From the NCBI GenBank assembly GCA_977017575.1, contig CDRNVI010000006.1:186001-250000 (forward strand): a DNA stretch of 64,000 nucleotides. The letters are read 5' to 3'. This document shows positions 20,692 through 30,821 of this stretch, one piece after another. Each line of letters starts with the position of its first letter. The stretch's first letter is position 1. The notes under the pieces were generated by a model that was given only the letters and a program-made list of their open reading frames with translations, did no database searches and was not told where the DNA came from. This DNA is from Paramoeba atlantica. Taxonomy: Eukaryota > Protista > Discosea. A program made the position numbers and the translations under genes.

Positions 20692-21399
20692 ATGATGATG
20701 CGATCGTACATCGCTCGTTGCAAGTCCGCACGAGCTCTCACAGAATTTAGACGGCCTGCTTTCGATGTTCACCATATGCCGAAATCCGGTAAAAACGGGT
20801 ACCGCTTTTCTGTAACCTATTTGGGGAAAGGATCCATACTCGTGACGTATTACCCACGCGACTCATCGGCAACAGAGTTCTCACGCCCTTCTTTTGACAT
20901 GACTCGACGTCACAGTGTGTATCTGGACATCAAGTCTGTGGCTACAATACTCGCGGTCGCGGATGGAAGACTGACTTCTGCCTCTATGCAAGCGCGCTGC
21001 GGGAATTATGTTGAGTACTACAGAAGAGACCCTACACAAAACAGAGATTTATCTAGCGGATTGGAAGAAAAGGACGATAGGGAAACAGAACACTTTACAA
21101 GCGATGCGCCTCTTTTTTATCTTCGAGTCAAGCAGTGTATTCCAGTAAATCTGCTGAAACCACCGGTGGTAGACAATCCCGACAAACAGGGAGCACACGA
21201 CAGTACTTCGAAGGGAAAAAGCGAACACAATCAAGGTCTTCAAACTGAAGAAAAGATAGAAACAATGCCAATACCAGCATGGGAACTAGCACCGTTACAA
21301 TTCGAAATTTCGTTTACCTCTCATACTTGCATTATGTGGCACCGTTTTTTGAATAGCGTAGTAAAACACTTCATGGGATTCATTGATGTCTTCGTGTAG
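20692..21399 (+). CDS. Mitochondrial guide-RNA-binding protein of the MRP1/MRP2 (gBP21/gBP25, Whirly-fold) family
   Basis: RPAFDVHH, PSFDMTRRHSVYL and IMWHRFLNSVVKHFMGF resemble remembered MRP motifs; Arg-rich presequence. Confidence 0.65.
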   Translation: MMMRSYIARCKSARALTEFRRPAFDVHHMPKSGKNGYRFSVTYLGKGSILVTYYPRDSSATEFSRPSFDMTRRHSVYLDIKSVATILAVADGRLTSASMQARCGNYVEYYRRDPTQNRDLSSGLEEKDDRETEHFTSDAPLFYLRVKQCIPVNLLKPPVVDNPDKQGAHDSTSKGKSEHNQGLQTEEKIETMPIPAWELAPLQFEISFTSHTCIMWHRFLNSVVKHFMGFIDVFV

Positions 21400-21903
21400 G
21401 CCCAGAACACGGCACTACTTTCGGCACTCAGAACGTCTTAGCGGAATCTCCTTTTTACACACGCCCCCCACATTGCAGTTTTTATTGAATTTTGTGGGGG
21501 TATTCTGCAACGAAATCAACGTTAAGATAGAAGCTCACCAGGACAACACGCATGAGCTAATGGTTCAAACTTTGTTTTCACTTGTTTGGTTGAGACCTTC
21601 GGGCATTGAGCCTTTTGAAGTCTCATAGCTTCGAACTATGAAACTAGGGAAAAGGCTCTTGTTATGACAGGTTCTTCTGATTGAACCAAATGCCAATAGC
21701 CGACGTTCATATCCCTTTGGATTGGAAAGTTCTTCAAGGACCGAGGAAACTTTTAAAATTTTAAAAAAGCGCTTTTGAAGCGCTTTCAACTTTTTTGTAC
21801 AGCTTTTGAATTTTAAAATAAATGCTTTCAATAAATGCATTTTTTAAAGAATCAATTCTCCAAAAAAAAAATTTCAGAGTTTACAGCATCGTCGTATTGA
21901 TAT

Positions 21904-22692
21904 ATGATTTCTTCACTTGATACTCCGGATTCGAGCGACGCACAGAACCAGAATGCACGACCTCCCTCTGAATTTGCAGATCTCAGTGCTCCCTACTCGT
22001 TTGGGCAAGATAGGAAGAGCGGTAACGTTGTTTGTTCAGACGCAGTACATGCGGAGCAAAACAACTTGAATACTAATGATGTCACCGATACTCAACAGAA
22101 TGAGAATAGAAATGAAAGCTTTACGAACGCTCTCGATTCCGAACAGGGTGCAACAACTGTCGGAGATGGATGCGACGGGCGTTTATCAGAAATGATTACA
22201 CCCGATTCAAATACAGTACCTACAACTGAAACTGAGCTAAACAAAGGAAAATATATTACTCCCGAAAATGCGGACGCCATGGAACGCTCAACTGTTCTAC
22301 CTGAACTCTCCGTACCACTAACAGCGGATGAGACAAAGGCACTGGCATTAGTGCCTGAAGAAGAACCGCCCATAAAAAAGAAACGAACACATAGAAAAAA
22401 ATCTAGTGGACCGATTGACGGCTTCTATCCCCACGTGTGCTTGGGCTGCGGACTGAGCAAGCGGAAATGGGCGTTCTGTGGGTGGACAGGTCGGCCCCAC
22501 CCCCCGGCACCTACTCCCTCTCAGGTGGAACGATTGCAGCACCTATGGCACCTCGTGAATGCCTCCACAGTGTCGACTTCGGCTCCCCAAGAGTCGACCT
22601 CGGCAAGTGTTGCGAGTAAAGAACAGGAATCCGAAGTGGGGGTGGAGGTAGAACCGCAGCCTTCTTCTGCGCCCACCTCCGAGGCGGTATAG
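21904..22692 (+). CDS. Hypothetical low-complexity protein with one CxxC-x9-CxxTGxxH putative zinc motif
   Basis: 262-aa ORF from ATG; HVCLGCGLSKRKWAFCGWTGRPH preceded by basic KKKRTHRKK. Confidence 0.6.
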   Translation: MISSLDTPDSSDAQNQNARPPSEFADLSAPYSFGQDRKSGNVVCSDAVHAEQNNLNTNDVTDTQQNENRNESFTNALDSEQGATTVGDGCDGRLSEMITPDSNTVPTTETELNKGKYITPENADAMERSTVLPELSVPLTADETKALALVPEEEPPIKKKRTHRKKSSGPIDGFYPHVCLGCGLSKRKWAFCGWTGRPHPPAPTPSQVERLQHLWHLVNASTVSTSAPQESTSASVASKEQESEVGVEVEPQPSSAPTSEAV

Positions 22693-23057
22693 AGATAGAG
22701 AGGCATATAGTGCTTGTAGAATGCGAAAAGTAGATCCCTATTGAAAAAAACTTCTATTGAAAAATAGATCTACAGTCAGCAAAAAAACCGTTCGAATGTT
22801 TCGGTTTTTTTTTCTTTTGTATAGAGCTATTGATTAAATATCACCGTTGCGCTGGTAATGTGTGCTAGTAGTGTAGGCATGAGTGTCACCTAATAGTACC
22901 CGTAGATAGTTCATCTCAGTTCGTTCTACCAAAGAAATAAGAATGAATATAAAAAAGTTTAGCATTCGAAAGGTTTTTTTGCTACCTATTATAGAGAAAA
23001 TCTTGTCCCAAAAAATAGATGAAACGTAATCGCCCAAGAGAGATTATGCCCCTAAAA

Positions 23058-24068
23058 TTAGTATTTAGTATTCCCCCCACGAGCCTTCAGCACTGCCTTC
23101 ATACGGGCAGGCATACTGTCCACCTGGGCACGACATACTGAGGGTGGTATGTTCGCCCATTCCATTTTTACCCTCTCCCACAACTCTCGGACCCCGCTTG
23201 GTGGATCATCGTGCGCTGCAAGGCGCCGCTTGAGTTCCCCCCAAACGTTTTCGATTGGATTTAAGTCAGGGGACTGCGGGGGCCACCGCATGACTTCAAA
23301 CCCGGTACCCCGGAGGTGCCGTTGCGCACAATGGCTTGTGTGCTTGGGGTCATTATCTTGTTGGAAGATGACCATTGGGGGGTCTAGACCCATAGTTTCG
23401 ATGGAGGGGGCAAGATTCTCTTCAAGAATCTCGACGTACTGTGTGGCGTTCAGGTTCCCTTGAACTAGACGCACATGCCCCACACCGCTTCGGGACATGC
23501 ACGCCCAAATCATGATGTGCCCCCCTCCGTACTTTACCGTGGGAATTACCCCTTTTTCACCCAGTTCCTCCCCCGGGGTCCCCCATGTCCAAAGACTTCC
23601 CCCCGTTTCAAAGCGCGAGATCTTCGTCTCGTCCGACCATACAACTGGAGCCCAGTCGTGCACTGTCCAGTGCTCATGGGCCGTGGCAAAGTCCATCCGA
23701 AGCTTGCGATGGCGCTTGGACAGGTAGGGCTTGCGGACACGCTTTCTACCTTTGTGTCCGAAGCGGTGCATCGAAACTCGGATAGACTGAGGAACAACAT
23801 CAGCAACGCCCTCGCGGCGCAGCTGAGATGATACCTCTCGCGCAGAATTTCCGGAGAACACAAGTCGTCGCACACGGCGTGTGCACGGCTCGGAAAGCTT
23901 TCGAGGGCGTCCACCCTGCATCCTGAGAGTATCAGGCCTTTCTTTTTTTAATATCATAGAAATTGTTGAGATACTTAAATTTACAGTATCAGAGATGGAC
24001 CTCATAGACACACCGCTGTCGTAGAGCTCTGCAATTTGTTTCTTTACGTAACGTGGTGTGGGCCTCAT
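23058..24068 (-). CDS. Tc1 transposase, DD34E, intact (left arm)
   Basis: WSDETK, FQQDNDPKH and SPDLNPIENVW, with 34 residues between D2 and E; N-terminal HTH; C-terminal GGNTKY. Confidence 0.95.
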   Translation of the reverse strand: MRPTPRYVKKQIAELYDSGVSMRSISDTVNLSISTISMILKKERPDTLRMQGGRPRKLSEPCTRRVRRLVFSGNSAREVSSQLRREGVADVVPQSIRVSMHRFGHKGRKRVRKPYLSKRHRKLRMDFATAHEHWTVHDWAPVVWSDETKISRFETGGSLWTWGTPGEELGEKGVIPTVKYGGGHIMIWACMSRSGVGHVRLVQGNLNATQYVEILEENLAPSIETMGLDPPMVIFQQDNDPKHTSHCAQRHLRGTGFEVMRWPPQSPDLNPIENVWGELKRRLAAHDDPPSGVRELWERVKMEWANIPPSVCRAQVDSMPARMKAVLKARGGNTKY

Positions 24069-24069
24069 A

Positions 24070-24164
24070 GAAAATAAGAATTTTAGGTAAGAAGAATTTT
24101 AGGTTATAGAGTTTATCTTACACTATTACATTGTTTATCTTACACTGTTACATTTTGCACTCTA
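24070..24164. promoter_or_regulatory. 95-bp asymmetric spacer between the two divergent transposase starts; candidate bidirectional 5' leader/trans-splice region
   Basis: Left half is purine-rich with AAGAATTTTAGGT x2 (24076, 24092); right half is pyrimidine-rich with GTTTATCTTACACT(A/G)TTACATT x2 (24111, 24133). Each strand has about 50 AG-free nt before its ATG. Confidence 0.5.
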
Positions 24165-24165
24165 T

Positions 24166-25176
24166 ATGAGGCCCACACCACGTTACGTAAAGAAACAAAT
24201 TGCAGAGCTCTACGACAGCGGTGTGTCTATGAGGTCCATCTCTGATACTGTAAATTTAAGTATCTCAACAATTTCTATGATATTAAAAAAAGAAAGGCCT
24301 GATACTCTCAGGATGCAGGGTGGACGCCCTCGAAAGCTTTCCGAGCCGTGCACACGCCGTGTGCGACGACTTGTGTTCTCCGGAAATTCTGCGCGAGAGG
24401 TATCATCTCAGCTGCGCCGCGAGGGCGTTGCTGATGTTGTTCCTCAGTCTATCCGAGTTTCGATGCACCGCTTCGGACACAAAGGTAGAAAGCGTGTCCG
24501 CAAGCCCTACCTGTCCAAGCGCCATCGCAAGCTTCGGATGGACTTTGCCACGGCCCATGAGCACTGGACAGTGCACGACTGGGCTCCAGTTGTATGGTCG
24601 GACGAGACGAAGATCTCGCGCTTTGAAACGGGGGGAAGTCTTTGGACATGGGGGACCCCGGGGGAGGAACTGGGTGAAAAAGGGGTAATTCCCACGGTAA
24701 AGTACGGAGGGGGGCACATCATGATTTGGGCGTGCATGTCCCGAAGCGGTGTGGGGCATGTGCGTCTAGTTCAAGGGAACCTGAACGCCACACAGTACGT
24801 CGAGATTCTTGAAGAGAATCTTGCCCCCTCCATCGAAACTATGGGTCTAGACCCCCCAATGGTCATCTTCCAACAAGATAATGACCCCAAGCACACAAGC
24901 CATTGTGCGCAACGGCACCTCCGGGGTACCGGGTTTGAAGTCATGCGGTGGCCCCCGCAGTCCCCTGACTTAAATCCAATCGAAAACGTTTGGGGGGAAC
25001 TCAAGCGGCGCCTTGCAGCGCACGATGATCCACCAAGCGGGGTCCGAGAGTTGTGGGAGAGGGTAAAAATGGAATGGGCGAACATACCACCCTCAGTATG
25101 TCGTGCCCAGGTGGACAGTATGCCTGCCCGTATGAAGGCAGTGCTGAAGGCTCGTGGGGGGAATACTAAATACTAA
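24166..25176 (+). CDS. Tc1 transposase, DD34E, intact (right arm; protein identical to left copy)
   Basis: Same 336-aa sequence as 23058-24068. Confidence 0.95.
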   Translation: MRPTPRYVKKQIAELYDSGVSMRSISDTVNLSISTISMILKKERPDTLRMQGGRPRKLSEPCTRRVRRLVFSGNSAREVSSQLRREGVADVVPQSIRVSMHRFGHKGRKRVRKPYLSKRHRKLRMDFATAHEHWTVHDWAPVVWSDETKISRFETGGSLWTWGTPGEELGEKGVIPTVKYGGGHIMIWACMSRSGVGHVRLVQGNLNATQYVEILEENLAPSIETMGLDPPMVIFQQDNDPKHTSHCAQRHLRGTGFEVMRWPPQSPDLNPIENVWGELKRRLAAHDDPPSGVRELWERVKMEWANIPPSVCRAQVDSMPARMKAVLKARGGNTKY

Positions 25177-25500
25177 TTTTAGGGGCATAATCTCTCTTGG
25201 GCGATTACGTTTCATCTATTTTTTGGGACAAGATTTTCTCTATAATAGGTAGCAAAAAAACCTTTCGAATGCTAAACTTTTTTATATTCATTCTTATTTC
25301 TTTGGTAGAACGAACTGAGATGAACTATCTACGGGTACTATTAGGTGACACTCATGCCTACACTACTAGCACACATTACCAGCGCAACGGTGATATTTAA
25401 TCAATAGCTCTATACAAAAGAAAAAAAAACCGAAACATTCGAACGGTTTTTTTGCTGACTGTATGTATTGGCAAAATATACACAGCGCACAGTTTATTTC

Positions 25501-25540
25501 TTTTATCACACAATCTATTTCTTCATTCTTCTCTTATCAG
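25501..25540 (+). promoter_or_regulatory. Probable trans-splice acceptor for the USP14 gene
   Basis: Pyrimidine tract TCTATTTCTTCATTCTTCTCTTATC ending in AG at 25539-25540, 8 nt before ATG 25549. Confidence 0.55.
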
Positions 25541-25548
25541 TCCTACTA

Positions 25549-26859
25549 ATGCGAATCACCGTGAAGTGGGGAAAGAAAACGTTTGATCTGGAGGCAGATC
25601 CTGAAGACACGGGTCTCATTCTTCGCGCCCAATTGCAGAGTCTGACGGGCGTGGAATCTAATAGACAAAAATTAATCGGAGCTCGGATCGAAGATGACAT
25701 CCCACTGTCGGCTACATTGGAAGGTAAACGTTCTCTGCTTTTGATAGGGTCGTGTGACCCTCTCGCATCGATGAAAAAGAATTCCGCATCAGCCACGAAG
25801 CTTGATACTGTAAAGAGTGATCCCGAAACTATTCAAGACGTGTCTCTTCGTCGGGGACTCCACAATATTGGAAACACTTGCTATCTTAACGCTTCGATTC
25901 AATTGCTGTTGTGCATTCCACAGCTATCCTCTTTATTCCCAAACAATGACGACAACCGTCGCAAGCACTTTCCATTTATGAACATGCTCGGAAATCTTCT
26001 CCAGGAGCTCACAAAAAGTGACTCCCAGGCTTGTCACCCCCTTGCCTTTTTAATAGCCTTCCACGCCGCATTTCCCCAATTTGCGGAACGGGACACTCAA
26101 GGTGCACTTTTACAACAAGACGCCCAAGAAGCGTTATCTTGTATTCTGAACCACATACGAGCATCCCTTGATAAGGAGTCACTGCAAGAGTCATTTCGTC
26201 GTTTATTTGTTATTGAGTCAAGGGAAAGTGTGAGGTGTTTAGAAGACGAGGCTACGGAACCACAGATGAGCTCTACTTCGTCTCTTATGTTGAGCTGTAC
26301 CATATCACAAGATACGGCATGCCTTGAAAATGGTCTATTACTCTCCATGAAGGAAGAAATGATTAAATATTCGGATGCTTTAAAACGAGATGCCAAATGG
26401 GAAAAACTGTCCAGAATTTCCCATTTGCCGGAATATCTCTATGTGCATATGATGCGATTTAGCTGGCGGCACGATACAACTCAGAAAGCCAAAATATTGA
26501 AAGCTGTTACTTTTCCTTTAGTACTTGATCTCTCTTCGCATTGTGTGGAAGAGTTAAAACAAGATCTAAAGCCGAAGGAAGGCAAAGTGTCCTCAAACGA
26601 GAAAGAAGGAAATAGCGCAAGCGAAGAATGTTCTTCGAACCAAAGTATTGCTACGTGCTACGAACTTTGCGGAATAGTTTCCCACAAAGGACGTACGGGA
26701 GATGGGGGACACTACGTTGCTTGGGTACGTGGTCCCGAAAACAGTTGGATTGTGGCTGACGATGAGAACAGTGCCCGTGTTAGTGAGGAGGACATAATGC
26801 GACTCCGTGGTGTAGGAGAAGCCCACATTGCATACGTCTTATTGTATCGTCGAAAGTGA
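25549..26859 (+). CDS. USP14: Proteasome-associated deubiquitinase USP14/Ubp6
   Basis: N-terminal UBL (ITVKWGKKTFDL..LQSLTGVESNRQKLI), Cys box GLHNIGNTCYLNAS, QQDAQE, His box HKGRTGDGGHY, AYVLLY. Confidence 0.93.
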   Translation: MRITVKWGKKTFDLEADPEDTGLILRAQLQSLTGVESNRQKLIGARIEDDIPLSATLEGKRSLLLIGSCDPLASMKKNSASATKLDTVKSDPETIQDVSLRRGLHNIGNTCYLNASIQLLLCIPQLSSLFPNNDDNRRKHFPFMNMLGNLLQELTKSDSQACHPLAFLIAFHAAFPQFAERDTQGALLQQDAQEALSCILNHIRASLDKESLQESFRRLFVIESRESVRCLEDEATEPQMSSTSSLMLSCTISQDTACLENGLLLSMKEEMIKYSDALKRDAKWEKLSRISHLPEYLYVHMMRFSWRHDTTQKAKILKAVTFPLVLDLSSHCVEELKQDLKPKEGKVSSNEKEGNSASEECSSNQSIATCYELCGIVSHKGRTGDGGHYVAWVRGPENSWIVADDENSARVSEEDIMRLRGVGEAHIAYVLLYRRK

Positions 26860-27142
26860 TTCGTAAAAGTTCGGTGGAAGTACATCTGTAAGTACGGTGT
26901 AGTGCATAGCACTCTATTTCACGCTAAATATTAGTCGCTTCCTCTCAAAGAAATTTATGTATACTTCTTAAATAGACTCAAAACTTTACATGTTTTAAAC
27001 GTGTTGCGCGCAATCCATTGGGTTGTAACCAACGTGTTTCATCGATAAATAATGATTATAAGTTGCTGTGCCTCAAAAAATTACAGGAAAATATATTATA
27101 AAAAAAGCGTTGACCCCCCATATTTAAATTCCCTTGTTCGTA

Positions 27143-29101
27143 ATGCCCCAGCTGTTGCGGTTGCGACGCTTCACGGCTACACTCCAAAGGTGTTCACATT
27201 ATTGCAATACAAAGTCTACTCAAGGTGCAACAGTCTTTACTTCAGGTGTGAAGTTCTTTGGGTACAGTCCACATATCGCGACCTCAAAAACATTAACTGA
27301 TGCGCGTGAGAGAGAACAAGACACTGCACGGCCAGAAACTTGTTTACCCACCAGTGATGAAAAAAATGTAAACAACACATTAATGACGAATTCGTTAAAA
27401 ACTGGTACTACGACCGGGCTTGAAAATGATGCACGCCCTACCCAAGCGCGTATAGAGTCTCCCCCTGACGTCTTGGCCGAGAAATTTCGCACTCACTGTC
27501 AAGATTTGGTAACCCTTTTGGAAAAAGCTGCATTACTCCCGAATCCATTGAAGATACGCATTATTTCACAGTATCCAGCGGAATCTCATGATTTCTCTTG
27601 GTTAGCCTCCGAAAATCATGATGTACAATTAGTGATTGTAAGTGCGCAAAACTTTGAGCAGATTGTGAAACATCTACCGCGTGACGCTGTGATTGTAAAT
27701 CTCATTGATAATGTGGAAGAGGATACGAAAACAGGTGCCATTGGGGGGAAGAGAGCTATCGCAACTTACGAGGCATATGGACACGCATACACAGGCGCAT
27801 CTCCCAGAAACTTTGCCACTCTCAAATCTCAAATTAAGAAAAATGGGGTAAATAGCCCGCGCTACGTTATTATTCGAGATCGCAGCACCCAATACTTGAG
27901 CCCGACAGAGGACGGAAAGTCACTACTGATTCAAATACAGTCACCCGATTACGATTCAGTCAACAAATCTCTGGACAGCTCTGAAAAGAAGGCGGAGAAA
28001 ATAACACAAGATTTATTACATTTTCCCCTTATTGTGAAACCGCACACTGACTTTGGCGGATCGACTCACATACGAAAGGATACGAAAGTGCACAATTTTA
28101 CGGAGTTAGAACGCGTTGCCAAAGGTTTTCCTGTTCCAGATATGATTTGCGAAGAATTTATTGATGGTCGTGAATATGCAGCCTTGGTATTCGAGGAGTT
28201 GCCCAAGTATTGTATATCACTGTCTCAGGTTCGACGAACTATAAACACTATGCTTAACTACCTTCGCAAGACATCTCAAATGTCGATAAAAAATGTCGTT
28301 TTACCTGCTACAGCAATTCAGTTCATAAAACGACGATTAAACTCGCATAGAAAAGGAGCTTCATCCGCGGTTGTGTTAGATCCCATCGAGGTTGTCCTGC
28401 CTGCCGGAGAAACATTTCAGCACGAGGATCTTAAATGGCGCATGGATAAATATGCTAATTATCAAGCAAAAAGAGGACGAAATTTTCAAGGTGCGGCGCT
28501 TACAACTGTACATGGGGGTGTTGAGGGATATTTTTCCGTGAGTATCCCATCTGACAAATGCCCTCACAGCAAGCGCGGTGAACAAAGTTCCATGGCTTCT
28601 GAAAATAATTCTAAAGAGAACTCTGCGTGCCTGAGTTATCGTATGGTACAAACGCGTCGAGAGGCAAAGTTGCGCAAAACCATGAAAACTGTTATAAGAC
28701 GAGCATGGAAATCACTGAAACACGATGGTTATTTTCGGTATGATATTCGCGTAAATCGTAGCGCTTTCGAAAATGAGAGCCCGTCAGGAGTGGAATCGCT
28801 TCGCAAACCCAAGCCTCGTCAAAATGATGTACACATCATCGATGCAAACCCCTATTGTAGTCTTTTCGGGACTTTAGATAATTTGGACGAAGCCGACACT
28901 ATACTACGTGCTTCTGGAAAAAGTATGAACCACAAACACTTTACGGGGCACTTGGTTAAGCTTGCGATACAACGAGAACTTCTGAGACGACTCAGTTTAG
29001 TGAGCAGTCTGCTCAACGTACTTAAACAAGACAAGCGCGAATATGCGACTAACAAAAGAGAACTCCTAAACTCACCACAGAAGACTGATGCTAGTTCCTG
29101 A
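27143..29101 (+). CDS. ATP-grasp enzyme, D-alanine--D-alanine ligase-like, with presequence-like N-terminus
   Basis: IVNLID..AYTGAS, FPLIVKP..GGS, ICEEFIDGREY, GYFRYDIR, IIDANP. Confidence 0.75.
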   Translation: MPQLLRLRRFTATLQRCSHYCNTKSTQGATVFTSGVKFFGYSPHIATSKTLTDAREREQDTARPETCLPTSDEKNVNNTLMTNSLKTGTTTGLENDARPTQARIESPPDVLAEKFRTHCQDLVTLLEKAALLPNPLKIRIISQYPAESHDFSWLASENHDVQLVIVSAQNFEQIVKHLPRDAVIVNLIDNVEEDTKTGAIGGKRAIATYEAYGHAYTGASPRNFATLKSQIKKNGVNSPRYVIIRDRSTQYLSPTEDGKSLLIQIQSPDYDSVNKSLDSSEKKAEKITQDLLHFPLIVKPHTDFGGSTHIRKDTKVHNFTELERVAKGFPVPDMICEEFIDGREYAALVFEELPKYCISLSQVRRTINTMLNYLRKTSQMSIKNVVLPATAIQFIKRRLNSHRKGASSAVVLDPIEVVLPAGETFQHEDLKWRMDKYANYQAKRGRNFQGAALTTVHGGVEGYFSVSIPSDKCPHSKRGEQSSMASENNSKENSACLSYRMVQTRREAKLRKTMKTVIRRAWKSLKHDGYFRYDIRVNRSAFENESPSGVESLRKPKPRQNDVHIIDANPYCSLFGTLDNLDEADTILRASGKSMNHKHFTGHLVKLAIQRELLRRLSLVSSLLNVLKQDKREYATNKRELLNSPQKTDASS

Positions 29102-29900
29102 AGCAAATTTTGTCTAGTGTTGTGGAGTGTTGCGCTGTAGACTTAATGGGTGCTTATTTTCATAGATATTTCTGCGAAGTCAGTTTACAGAAAATTCTTT
29201 TTTTATGGTTTCTTTTGTCTTCTAGATGGAGTTCCCAGTAAAGTATATTTACGTTCATCGGATAATATTTTTGAATTAATTCATGCAAGGCTTTTCAATT
29301 TGCTCCTTTGGTCGTAGACATACGAATCTCGAATTGCGAGATTACGAATTCACTTCGTTATTTTTCTAATTTTCGTTTGCACTTGAAGTCAAACGTAAAT
29401 TGAACTCCAAGTCTTCTAACTCCAATGTTTCTAAGGTACGATGTACTCTGATACTATGTATCAAATACTAAATTTTATATGACAATCAAATATTGATTAT
29501 CATATTAAAATATGATAATATTATTAGTATAATGTGGAAAAATGCGCTAATCATCTTATTAGGTATTTTTCGCTATCATTCAAGTTTAAACGGAAAGTGT
29601 TTGCGATGTATTGCCCTTTGAACGTTGCATGCTTCAGCACTTTTATTGCACTCAGAATCACTGCACAAGCAATATTGTTCGCCACCTAAACTCGTAATAA
29701 TAATATTTATAAACAGGGTTCGCGGAAACTTTAAAACTTTCAAGAAAGTACTTTAAAGTTACTTTATTTTTTTTCTAAAAACTTTCAAAAAAAATTTTTA
29801 TTCGTATACTTTAAAATTTCTTTCATCATGATTTTGATTCGTCTGTATTCATGACAGTTCATTATTAGGCCTCTATACAATACAAGATACTTTTTTTCCG

Positions 29901-30754
29901 ATGGTAAAGCTCACCTGGGGCACTTTTTGTAAAGATTTCTTTACTCAAGTACCTAATGCAGAGGGCGACAAGCAGATGGTGGAGTGCAAATTGTGTCCTG
30001 AGAATGGCAAAAAACGTTTTTTTGACGGCAAGAGGTCTGCAGACCGATTACATATCGGCAGAAAGGCATCTTCGAAAACACGATAAAAGTTATGATACGT
30101 GGTGCACGGAGCAAAGGGAGAAATATCGCCGAGAAAATCCAACGTTGCACGTAAGTTCCCAAACCGCGACGCCTGAGCACCACAAGGATGTTATAATCTG
30201 GAAATCCGAATGTGGCATTCCAACCTCGGCCCTTGAGCACCCAATATTTCGTCACAAAATTGTACGTGGAATGTGCCCCACCCCATCTCGAAGAGAAAAG
30301 CTTAACGAACTTACCATTGAGTACGCCAAGCAACTGCGTACCAAAACGTGCATTGACTTTGGATTTAAATTTTCGGATGTAAGTGTATGTATGGATACAT
30401 CCACTATTCACCACCGCACGACATGTGCCGTGACACTCGTACACAAAGGAATCTCGATGTGTTGGGCTATCAAGCCCATGTCATCAACTGACGCCACCGC
30501 ATTCAAGCGGTGGCTTCAAGGGAAAGTTTGGTCACTTATCCATAACAGCGCAAAAGCTTATTTCTTTGGTTGCATCTGAAGCAAGCTGCGAGCGGCTGTT
30601 CAGTTCTGTGGGGTTCGTGTACGAAGATCTGCGAAGTCGCATGTCACCGGAATTAGTTGCTGTAGAAACCTCGATTCGATGCAGTTTGCTTTCTCGCAAC
30701 AGTGACTGTAGGGATCCCCCAGTAGGCTTGGAAAATGAATATTAGAGGGGGGGC
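29901..30754 (+). pseudogene. hAT transposase remnant, frameshifted and internally deleted
   Basis: BED finger (VECKLC..HLRKH) split across frames at a T run near 30020; first catalytic region VSVCMDTST; then, in another frame from about 30551, the dimerisation motif LISLVASEASCERLFSS..RSRMSPE. Confidence 0.8.
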
Positions 30755-30805
30755 GGCCGGTCGGTGGTGATAGGCAGAATATGGCAGAATACGGCAGAAT
30801 ATGGC
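30753..30805. repeat. Putative hAT end (YAGAGGGGGGGC) with GGCAGAATA subterminal repeats x3
   Basis: The same head and the same repeat, inverted, recur at 62949-63000. Confidence 0.5.
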
Positions 30806-30821
30806 AAAAATCAGGTATATA

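Larger units (their letters stand above)
22773..25461. mobile_element. Palindromic Tc1-family DNA transposon with 1,297-bp arms, each containing a full transposase
   Basis: TA|CAGTCAGCAAAAAAACCGTTCGAATG at 22771 and its reverse complement ending GCTGACTG|TA at 25463. Arms 22773-24069 and 24165-25461 give identical ORF sets. Flanks outside the TAs are unrelated. Confidence 0.95.

Noticed and set aside
22834-23037. 67-aa ORF duplicated at 25197-25400
   Set aside because: It lies in the mirrored 3' non-coding part of the transposon arms, starts at a non-ATG codon, and has no recognisable motif.
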